Positions 47,887-56,437 of a stretch of DNA of 64,000 nt are shown piece after piece (the stretch's first letter is position 1; every line of letters starts with the position of its first letter). A program made the translations under genes and the position numbers. Source of the DNA: an uncultured Bacteroidota bacterium (GTDB lineage Bacteria > Bacteroidota > Bacteroidia > Bacteroidales > CG2-30-32-10). The stretch is from positions 9,878-73,877 of the forward strand of contig CAWHOW010000045.1 of NCBI GenBank assembly GCA_963831005.1, read 5' to 3'. The notes beneath the pieces are model-generated. The model worked only from the letters and a program-made list of their open reading frames with translations, ran no database searches and was not told the DNA's origin.

Positions 47887-49128
47887 CTATGCTAAAAATT
47901 TATCAACGGAATCGATATCCGGTTTTACAGGAGCTGGTATATCAATGATCTTCTGTACTGCATTCAGGTCTTTTAAACCACTACCTGTAAGAAGAACAAC
48001 ATTTCTACTTCCTTTTTCAAATCGTCCGTCCCAGTAATAGCTGAGGAATCCAGCAAAAGCAGCACTAGCAGCAGGCTCTGCAAATATTCCTGTTCTGCTG
48101 CTTAGAACTTTTGATGCGGCAATTATTTCTTCATCACTAACCAAAATTGTTTCTCCATTGAAATCTTTAATATACTTTTTTGCCATCCAATAATTTCTTG
48201 GTATATCAACAGATATAGAATCTGCCAGCGTTTTGCTTGGCGTGGAAACGAAATTATTCTTGTGTATATTGTTAATGATATTACTGCTGCCAATTGCCTG
48301 AACGGCAACGATAGTTGGGAGCTTGTTAATTATTCCAAGGTTTAACAGATCTTCAAATCCTTTATAAACACCTGAAATGATCACACCATCACCAACAGGA
48401 ACAAAAATTCTATCTGGAATAGATTGCCCTAGTTGAGAATACAGTTCGTATGAAACAGTCTTCTTTCCTTCAATAGTTAACGGATTAAATGCTGTATTGC
48501 GATTATACCAGCCATATTTTTTTGTTGCTTCTATGCTTAAATCAAAAGCAGCATCATAGGTTCCGTCAATAGGAACTATTTGCGCCCCATACATCATTAT
48601 CTGTGTAAGCTTAGCTTTAGGAGCAGCAGCAGGAACAAAAATAATGGCTTTCTGTTTTTGGGCAGCACATATTCCGGCAAGTGATGAACCTGCATTACCT
48701 GTGGAAGCAGCAACAATCGTATCTATATTATGTTCTTTTGCATAAGCAGATACTATGGCTGAAGCTCTGTCTTTAAAGGAAAATGTAGGATTCCGAGAAT
48801 CATCTTTAAGAAAGAGATAAAATTCAAACGGATCTTCATCTAAGGATAAAACATGATAAAGCGGAGTATTTCCAACCTTTAAATAAGGTAAACTATTTAT
48901 AGTATTTAAGGGAAGAAGATCAAGAAACTTTGTTTTCTCAAGTTGAGAAAACAAATCACCGGATAAATGACTACTTATTCCTTTATAGTTGTATATAGTT
49001 TTTAGTACACCTTTTGGTGGAGTAGTAGGGTTATTGTGTATTGAACATTCTTTGCAGAGGTAAATAATATCCGAAGAGTCATAAGTCCTGCCACAATCAA
49101 TGCACTCATAAAAGAATTTATCCTTCAT
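47887..49128 (-). CDS. threonine synthase-like PLP-dependent enzyme
   Basis: N-terminal Cys4 zinc ribbon (CIDCG...CKEC), the PLP lysine motif PTFSFKDRAS and ASTGNAGSS. Confidence 0.75.
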   Translation of the reverse strand: MKDKFFYECIDCGRTYDSSDIIYLCKECSIHNNPTTPPKGVLKTIYNYKGISSHLSGDLFSQLEKTKFLDLLPLNTINSLPYLKVGNTPLYHVLSLDEDPFEFYLFLKDDSRNPTFSFKDRASAIVSAYAKEHNIDTIVAASTGNAGSSLAGICAAQKQKAIIFVPAAAPKAKLTQIMMYGAQIVPIDGTYDAAFDLSIEATKKYGWYNRNTAFNPLTIEGKKTVSYELYSQLGQSIPDRIFVPVGDGVIISGVYKGFEDLLNLGIINKLPTIVAVQAIGSSNIINNIHKNNFVSTPSKTLADSISVDIPRNYWMAKKYIKDFNGETILVSDEEIIAASKVLSSRTGIFAEPAASAAFAGFLSYYWDGRFEKGSRNVVLLTGSGLKDLNAVQKIIDIPAPVKPDIDSVDKFLA

Positions 49129-49175
49129 AAGAAATGAATAAAAAAGAAATCAAAGGTACTAATTTCTGTGGAATA

Positions 49176-49313
49176 CTCAATGAGCAAGACCCCTGCTAAC
49201 GTCGCTGTTATGAAATCTCATTCCCCTGCATGACTTATGACTTCTGCAGGAAATACCGGCGACAAGGAAAGACAGGAGTAAAATAAACATTGTTGCTTTA
49301 ACTAACTTTTTCA
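49176..49313 (-). CDS. possible 45-aa small lipoprotein/peptide
   Basis: ATG ORF MKKLVKATMFILLLSFLVAGISCRSHKSCRG... with a signal-peptide-like start and a lipobox-like Cys. Below the ORF-track cutoff, with no further support. Confidence 0.25.
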
Positions 49314-49529
49314 TGCAGTTCTTTTTAAAAGATTCTTGATTTACTTATTATAAAACGACACAAATATATTTCTTTTTTATTTTTTACCAAATTCATTTAT
49401 GCTCTCTTTTCTATAACATTTCACCTACATTTATTGTGCCATATTAAATTGTCTTAACATCTTCAATGCTTATATTAAATAATTGAATATTTACAGAACC
49501 TGAGACGCCCATTATTATTATAAAAAGAT

Positions 49530-51008
49530 TTACAAATTTTTCAACACCGCAGTTTCATCATTGAATTCGCTTATCATCTCATCCAGTTTTTCATTCTGGT
49601 TGAATATCTGTGGCCATAAATCTCTGTCAGACCACAATTGGTTCAGATCTTCTATTTCCTTGCCCTGTTGCTCAACCCATGTAAAATATTTAAGGTTATG
49701 GATGACTTTTCGGTCTGTGTAAGTTAGTTCTTTTATGTAATCAACTTTTGTACCGAACAAGCATTTCTCATGATCTTTTATCGCCTGTGTTGTGGTATAG
49801 CTTCCTCTTTCATGAGTGAGTTCTTCAAGTCGCGACTGGTACATTACAGCCGAATCAGTAGCAATAGTCATCAAAATATCATCTGATGTCATTTCAAAAA
49901 GTTTAGCTGTTTTGATTGCAGATAACATATTTGATATTCCTGAAATTCCAAGCAGTTCAAGAGAATCAATCATTGTTGCACTTAAACCTAAGGATTTTAA
50001 ATATGCTTTTCCCTCTTTTTCATTAAATAATCTAAAAACCCTCATGCAATCCTCATCATCAATAGCTGCAACAGCATCAGTATTCTTAATGTTATGAACC
50101 CATGGAACATGCTTATCGCCTATACCTTCGATACGATGACCGCCAAATCCATTCATTAAAAGAGTTGGGCATTGAAGTGCTTCGGATGCAACAACTTTAA
50201 TTTCCGGGTGAACCGTACGTAAATAATCGCCCCCTGCAATAGTGCCTGCAGAACCTGTTGCTGAAATATACCCGGCGAATTTTGATTTCGGACCTTTTAT
50301 TTTATTATATACTTCATTCAGCGCATAACCGGTTACATTATAATGCCAGCAGGGATTTCCGAATTCATCAAACTGGTTGAAAATGATACAGTCTTTCCTG
50401 TTACGGCGAATATCCCAACAAGCATCATATATCTCTTTCACATTCGATTCACAACCGGGTGTGGCAATAACTTCAGCGCCTATTTCTTTAAGCCATTCAA
50501 AACGTTCTTTGCTCATCTCTTCAGGAAGAATGGCAACAGCAGTGCAACCCATCAGGTAAGAATCGAAAGCGCCGCCACGGCAATAATTTCCTGTTGACGG
50601 CCATACCGCTTTATGATAAGTGGGATCGAATTCGCCTGAAATAATTCTTGGAGCAAGGCAACCATAAGCTGCACCCACTTTATGTGCTCCCGTGGGGAAC
50701 CATTTGCCGACAATCAGAACGATACGAGCATCAACACCACTTATTTCTTTTGGTATTTCAATATAATTCACTCCACCATACAAACCGCCTTTTTCCTTCG
50801 GCTCGTTATGCCAGTTGATACGGAAGAGATTAAGTGGATTGAGTTCCCACAGTCCTATAGTTTTTAATTTATTCTTTATCTTATCAGGAATAAGATCAGG
50901 ATTTCTCATCTGAGCAAATGTAGGTAACACTATTCCTTTTTCGCGAAAACGGTTGATGGCTTTCTTCCTTACATCAGGATTTACAACTTTGTTAACGATT
51001 TGTATCAT
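49530..51008 (-). CDS. PLP-dependent enzyme of the cysteine synthase/tryptophan synthase beta family (long form)
   Basis: 492 aa, with the PTGAHKVG lysine motif, SATGSAGTIAGG and IEGIGDKHVP. Function not assignable. Confidence 0.65.
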   Translation of the reverse strand: MIQIVNKVVNPDVRKKAINRFREKGIVLPTFAQMRNPDLIPDKIKNKLKTIGLWELNPLNLFRINWHNEPKEKGGLYGGVNYIEIPKEISGVDARIVLIVGKWFPTGAHKVGAAYGCLAPRIISGEFDPTYHKAVWPSTGNYCRGGAFDSYLMGCTAVAILPEEMSKERFEWLKEIGAEVIATPGCESNVKEIYDACWDIRRNRKDCIIFNQFDEFGNPCWHYNVTGYALNEVYNKIKGPKSKFAGYISATGSAGTIAGGDYLRTVHPEIKVVASEALQCPTLLMNGFGGHRIEGIGDKHVPWVHNIKNTDAVAAIDDEDCMRVFRLFNEKEGKAYLKSLGLSATMIDSLELLGISGISNMLSAIKTAKLFEMTSDDILMTIATDSAVMYQSRLEELTHERGSYTTTQAIKDHEKCLFGTKVDYIKELTYTDRKVIHNLKYFTWVEQQGKEIEDLNQLWSDRDLWPQIFNQNEKLDEMISEFNDETAVLKNL

Positions 51009-51204
51009 GATTATTTGATTTATTTCTATCTGGCAAAAGTAAATAAATTTTATTCTACGGACACGGCAAATACCTTTAAACTATGTTTTCTTTATGGATT
51101 TATGTTATGAAAAGTTAAATATGTTAACTTTTTTGTATTGAATATGTATAATGTCCTACATTTGCCAAATAATTGCTAATTTTGCATTATAGTAAAACAA
51201 AGTG

Positions 51205-51534
51205 ATGTTATTCCGCTTCCGTCAATATATTGCCGTATTTCTATTGATGACAATATCATTGTTTATTGTCCCGAAGGAATATATTCACGATACTTACGGA
51301 CACGAAGACACTAAGGATATTCAAAGCAAGGATGCTTCTCTTACAAATACCCACCATCACTGTCAAATATTAAATTATAATACTCCTAATTATATTTTTC
51401 ATCATAAAACTTTATTACTGCCTGTTTCCTTTATCGAACAATCCATTTTATCATACAGGCAATTTTCTTACATTATTCCATTCTTCACTTATTTTAACCT
51501 TAGGGCGCCTCCCGAAGAAAATTTCCACGTTTAA
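51205..51534 (+). CDS. hypothetical small membrane protein, His-rich
   Basis: One N-terminal TM helix, then H-rich segments (HDTYGHED, THHHCQ, FHHK). Lies upstream of a TonB-dependent receptor. TAATTTTG at 51177..51184 is a possible -7 box. Confidence 0.4.
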   Translation: MLFRFRQYIAVFLLMTISLFIVPKEYIHDTYGHEDTKDIQSKDASLTNTHHHCQILNYNTPNYIFHHKTLLLPVSFIEQSILSYRQFSYIIPFFTYFNLRAPPEENFHV

Positions 51535-51613
51535 TTATTACAATTCCATTTTTAATTTTTCATGCACGGTTCTGATGAAGAACGTGTGAATTTCAATAAT
51601 AATATTTAAAAAA

Positions 51614-54094
51614 ATGACAAAGAATATCATATTATCATTATTTATAATAATTGTGTCTGGCGGGGTGGCGATGTCGCAGAATGTGCTTAGCGGCAGGGTT
51701 AGCGACTTTCGAAGTGGAGAGTCACTTCCGGGAGTTACTGTTTACATTCCCGACTTGAAAACAGGAGCAATTACAGATACTACAGGGCTTTATGAAATAA
51801 CCAATCTCCCTAAAACAAAAGTGCTTGTCCAGGTAAGTTTTCTTGGATATAAAACTCTTAATCGTTTCATTGACTTAAAAAATACTAATTCGATGGACTT
51901 CAAAATGGAAGAATCTGTTGCGGAAATGAACACAGTGGTAGTTACGGGAATATCAAGCGCTACTGAAATGAAAAAAGAACCTGTTCCCATTGTTGCTATC
52001 GACAGAAAAGAAATAGATCAGGGTATCAGCACAAATATAATTGATGCTATTGCTAATCTGCCCGGAGTTAGTGCAGTTACTACCACGCCCAATGTTTCGA
52101 AACCTTTTATTCATGGTCTTGGTTATAACCGTGTGCTTACTTTGGTCGATGGTGTTCGCCAGGAAGAACAGCAGTGGGGCGATGAGCATGGCGTGGAAAT
52201 GGATGAGTATGCCACCGACAGGATAGAAGTGGTTAAAGGCCCGGCCAGTCTTATATATGGTTCCGATGCACTTGCCGGTGTTGTAAATCTTATTTCTGCA
52301 CCACCTGTACCTAATAATACTATAAAAGGAAATTTTCTTGCAGAATATCAAACTAATAATGGCCTGATTGGAAGCTCTGCTTCGCTTGCAGCAAATAAGA
52401 ATGGTGTTATCTGGGGAGGAAGAATATCTCATAAAGAAGCTACCAATTACCAGGACCCGATTGACGGTCGTGTGTTTGGTACAGCCTATAATGAATCGGA
52501 TGCAAACGGCTATGTGGGGTTAAATAAGAAGTGGGGTTATTCTCATCTTAACTTTTCTCTTTTTGATGACCAGCCTGAAATACCTGATGGCAGCCGCGAT
52601 TCAGCAACACATAAGTTTACAAAACAAATAACGGAAGCTGATACAGCAAGGCCAATTGTTTCCAATTCTGAATTAAAATCATACAAGATCACTCCCCTGC
52701 ATCAGCATGTGCAGCATTTCAGCATTGCATCGCTGAATAATTTTATTATTGGTTCTGGTAAGCTTGAGGTAAATGTTGGCTGGCAGCAAAGCGACCACAG
52801 GGAATACAGTCATCCGCAGGCAGCCGATACTCCAGGGCTTGACCTTACTTTGAATACGTTGACTTATGATATAAAGTATTTATTGCCTGAATCGAAAGGA
52901 TGGGAAACAACAGTAGGTGTAAACGGCATGGAGCAGATCAATAACACAGATAAAGCCACTGAATTCATTATTCCTGATTATAACCTTTTCGAAATAGGCC
53001 CTTTTGCACATGTAAAAAAGTCATTCGATAAATTGGAATTAAGTGCAGGAGCAAGGTACGACAATCGTTTCTTTAATAATAAACAAATGTTTACCAATAC
53101 AAATCCCTCAACAGGTTTTGACGAGCAGGTTGCCTTGCCTGATACTGCAGGAGCTAAACAAACTTTCTCGAATTACAAGCACACCTTTTCGGGCGCTTCG
53201 GGCAGCATGGGCGCTACTTATAATATTTCGGATAAATTCTTTATTAAAGCTAATGTTGCTCGTGGTTTCAGGGCGCCTAATATTTCCGAGTTATCGGCAA
53301 ATGGTGTGCATCCCGGAACAGCTATGTACCAGATCGGCAATCCCGATTTTAAACCTGAGTTCAGCCTGCAGGAAGATATTGGCCTTTTCTTTTCTTCAAA
53401 GTACGCTAATGGAAGCGTTGAATTGTTCAACAATAATATAGATAACTATATTTTCAACCAGCGATTACTTAAACACGATGGGCAGGATTCGAACTACACA
53501 AGCGAGATACCTTATTTTAAGTTCGAGCAATCGCATGCCGAACTTTATGGGGGAGAAGTAAGTTTTGATATCCACCCACATCCTTGGGACTGGCTGCATT
53601 TCGAGAATGAATTGTCGGTAATTTATGCTGAGAATTTAGGTGGAAATGGAATACATGTAACCGACAGTTCGAAGTATCTGCCGTTTATTCCACCTTTGCA
53701 CTGGCATTCTGAACTAAGAGCTAATGTGAAGAAAAAGTTTAAACATTTCTCTTCTTTTTATGCTAAAGTTGAAATGGATTATTTTGCAACGCAGAATAGG
53801 GCTTTTCTGGCCAACAATACCGAAACCGTTACGCCGGGCTACACATTGATAGGCGCAGGAATAGGCGCCGATATTACCAACAGGTTGGGTAAAGTGCTGT
53901 TCAGCTTTGATATTTCGGCAAATAACCTGGCTAATGTAGCTTACCAGTCGAACATGAGCAGGTTGAAATACATGGATTTTTATGTTAACCACGAAGGAGA
54001 ACCTGTAAGCGTATCCGGTCCTGGGAGTGGTATTTACAATATGGGAAGGAATATTGGCTTTAAAATTATTGTTCCTATCAATAGCAAATACTAA
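51614..54094 (+). CDS. TonB-dependent receptor with N-terminal carboxypeptidase-regulatory-like domain
   Basis: The pattern SGRVSD..SGESLPGVTVYI, a plug (VVVTG..., IEVVKGPASLIYGSDALAGVVNLI), a large barrel and a C-terminal aromatic residue. Confidence 0.9.
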   Translation: MTKNIILSLFIIIVSGGVAMSQNVLSGRVSDFRSGESLPGVTVYIPDLKTGAITDTTGLYEITNLPKTKVLVQVSFLGYKTLNRFIDLKNTNSMDFKMEESVAEMNTVVVTGISSATEMKKEPVPIVAIDRKEIDQGISTNIIDAIANLPGVSAVTTTPNVSKPFIHGLGYNRVLTLVDGVRQEEQQWGDEHGVEMDEYATDRIEVVKGPASLIYGSDALAGVVNLISAPPVPNNTIKGNFLAEYQTNNGLIGSSASLAANKNGVIWGGRISHKEATNYQDPIDGRVFGTAYNESDANGYVGLNKKWGYSHLNFSLFDDQPEIPDGSRDSATHKFTKQITEADTARPIVSNSELKSYKITPLHQHVQHFSIASLNNFIIGSGKLEVNVGWQQSDHREYSHPQAADTPGLDLTLNTLTYDIKYLLPESKGWETTVGVNGMEQINNTDKATEFIIPDYNLFEIGPFAHVKKSFDKLELSAGARYDNRFFNNKQMFTNTNPSTGFDEQVALPDTAGAKQTFSNYKHTFSGASGSMGATYNISDKFFIKANVARGFRAPNISELSANGVHPGTAMYQIGNPDFKPEFSLQEDIGLFFSSKYANGSVELFNNNIDNYIFNQRLLKHDGQDSNYTSEIPYFKFEQSHAELYGGEVSFDIHPHPWDWLHFENELSVIYAENLGGNGIHVTDSSKYLPFIPPLHWHSELRANVKKKFKHFSSFYAKVEMDYFATQNRAFLANNTETVTPGYTLIGAGIGADITNRLGKVLFSFDISANNLANVAYQSNMSRLKYMDFYVNHEGEPVSVSGPGSGIYNMGRNIGFKIIVPINSKY

Positions 54095-54252
54095 GATATT
54101 ATTTACACAAGGGAGTATATAATATAGAAGGCTGCCAGGCTGCCAGACAAGGGTTTTTTAACATTTCACGGCGAGGCCGAACAGAAGAACAAGTTTCCCT
54201 CTATGTTTTGGCCTCCTCTTATTGGAATAAATCTTTTGCACCGGGGTTCATT

Positions 54253-54924
54253 GAAGTTTCTTTGAACAGTTCAGCAGTTGCTGGGAAGAGCTACGCATGT
54301 GCGTGGAAGAGTTCAGCAGTTTCTGCGAAGAGTTTAGCAATTGCCGCGGATGTCCACGCATGTGCCGGGAACAGTTTGGCAGTTGCCGCGAAGAGTTTAG
54401 CAGTCTCCGCGAAGGTCGTGGCAGTTGCCGCGAAGATCGTGGCGGTTGCCGCGAACAGTTTGGCGGTTGCCGCGAAGAGTTTGGCTGTTGCCGCGAAGAG
54501 TTTGGCAATTGCAGCGAACAGTTTGGCGGTTGCCGCGAAGAGTTTGGCAGTTGCCGCGAAGATCGTGGCGGTTGCCGCGAACAGTTTAGCATGTGTGTGG
54601 AACAGTTCAGCAGTTGCTGGGAAGAGCTACGCATGTGCGTGGAAGAGTTCAGCAGTTTCTGCGAAGAGTTTAGCAATTGCCGCGGATGTCCACGCATGTG
54701 CGTGGAACAGTTTGGCAGTTGCCGCGAAGAGTTATCCCTGTGCGTGGAACAGTTTAGCAATTGCTGCGAAGAGTTATCCCTATGCGTGGAAGAGCTACGC
54801 ATGTGCGTGCAAGAGTTATCCCTGTGCGTGGAAGAGTTTGGCCGTTGCCGCGAAGAGCCACGCATGTGCGTGGAAGAGTTCCCCCTGTGCGTGGAACAGT
54901 TTGGCAATTGCCACGAGGAGTATT
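54253..54924 (+). repeat. 21-bp-phased degenerate tandem array 4 (32 units; subtypes gcagttgccgcgaagagtttg and gcatgtgcgtggaagagttca)
   Basis: Units at 54253 + 21n with no indels. The 102-nt block 54264..54365 is repeated exactly at 54600..54701, an offset of 336 bp or 16 units. Two + frames and one - frame stay open for more than 215 codons. Confidence 0.9.
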
Positions 54925-55181
54925 GCAGAGGACAAATTTTCTATACTTATATATTAAACTTTGCTTGGTTTTTCCTCAAAATTAGTTGCTTTGTCCTCAA
55001 AATTAATACCCGAAATGGATAAATAAACAGGCTTTCCTGATAAAGGGTATGCCAGTAACAATGCGGAAGGTGAAAAATGGAAAACCGGATATGCACGAAT
55101 GAATAGGAAGCAGGAGTCAGAAGGCAACGTTCAGTCAACAACGAAAATAAAATTGGAAACTGCGGACTGAAGACTGAAAAA

Positions 55182-55790
55182 CTATTTCTTCTTTATGCCA
55201 TAAAGTTCGAGCAGCTTTGCAACATATTTGCCGATGATATCAAATTCGATATTTACTACTGTATTCTTTTTGAAGTTGTGGAAATTGGTTACTTCCTGAG
55301 TAAAAGGAATAATTGCCACCGAAAAAGTATCCTTGCCGGAATCTACCACTGTAAGGCTTACACCATTTACAGATATTGATCCTTTGGCAACAGTGATGTT
55401 ACCCACTTTAGGGTTATATTTAAAGGAATAAGCCCAGCTGCCATCGGTTTCTTTAACGCCAATGCAGGTGGCGGTCTGGTCAACATGTCCCTGAACGATA
55501 TGCCCGTCAATCCGGCCTTCCATCTTCATTGACCTTTCAAGGTTAACTTCATATCCGGGTTTCCAGGTCCCGAGGTTTGTTTTCTTCAAAGTCTCATCAA
55601 CAGCAGTAACCACATATTGATTTTTCTTGGGAAACACTTTAACCACAGTAAGGCAAACGCCATCGTGGCACATGCTCTGGTCTATTTTCAAATCTTTGCC
55701 GAAATGGGCTTCGATAGTGATGTGAATATTTCCTTTTTCTTTTTCAATCTTTACAACCTTTCCGGTTGCTTCAACTATTCCTGTAAACAT
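55182..55790 (-). CDS. ribE: riboflavin synthase
   Basis: MFTGIVEATGKV start, an internal duplication with GDSI.VNGVSLTV-type motifs (GSISVNGVSLTVV), 202 aa. Confidence 0.92.
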   Translation of the reverse strand: MFTGIVEATGKVVKIEKEKGNIHITIEAHFGKDLKIDQSMCHDGVCLTVVKVFPKKNQYVVTAVDETLKKTNLGTWKPGYEVNLERSMKMEGRIDGHIVQGHVDQTATCIGVKETDGSWAYSFKYNPKVGNITVAKGSISVNGVSLTVVDSGKDTFSVAIIPFTQEVTNFHNFKKNTVVNIEFDIIGKYVAKLLELYGIKKK

Positions 55791-55895
55791 TTTCTTTTTA
55801 TTTTTTATTTATTACTATTTAGATATAAAGGTATAAGGTATAAAGGGTATAGGGTGTATAAGGAATAAAATGATATAAGGCATAAAAGTTACAGG

Positions 55896-56366
55896 TTATA
55901 CAGGTGAAGAGTTAAAATTGTCGGTGTCTTTTCGCGACATTACATATTTAATATAACCATTTAGAGTTACTTTAGCATCTTCTATTAATGAAATGCCTTT
56001 GTCATAAATATCTTTGCTTATATATTCAAAGTCATAACTGGAAATGAGGTGATCTTTTAATTCATAAATAGAACCTCTTGATATGCGATAAAACTGTATT
56101 CCTTCCTGATAATGATAACGACCGTAGCCTTCAGCAATATTTGCTGTTCCACTCACACTGGCTTTACGGATTTGTGGATTAAGATTAAACTTTTCTTCTG
56201 CAGGAAGATAAGGAATAACTTCTTTATAAAAAAATAATTTCGCCAATCTTGCTTTTTTCCACGCATCAAGAGTAGTAAAATCTTTTTGGGCATTATATTT
56301 AATTAAATCATCTTCAACCTTAGAATTATTATTTTGCTCAAAGGAATATTTATCATTCTTTTTCAT
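55896..56366 (-). CDS. four-helix-bundle protein (23S rRNA intervening-sequence protein family)
   Basis: The C-terminal 110 aa match the family pattern (QIRKASVSGTANIAEGYGR....E..QF..ISRGSIYEL..HL). Has an N-terminal extension. Confidence 0.8.
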   Translation of the reverse strand: MKKNDKYSFEQNNNSKVEDDLIKYNAQKDFTTLDAWKKARLAKLFFYKEVIPYLPAEEKFNLNPQIRKASVSGTANIAEGYGRYHYQEGIQFYRISRGSIYELKDHLISSYDFEYISKDIYDKGISLIEDAKVTLNGYIKYVMSRKDTDNFNSSPV

Positions 56367-56437
56367 AAAGTAATCTTTTTTTTAGCGATAGATTTCCTTA
56401 TACCCCTATTTCCCTATACCTATTTAATTACTCAATA

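Noticed and set aside
55791-55895. FMN riboswitch upstream of ribE
   Set aside because: The spacer is only about 100 nt and consists of TATAAGG-type heptamers. None of the conserved FMN-element sequence blocks is visible.
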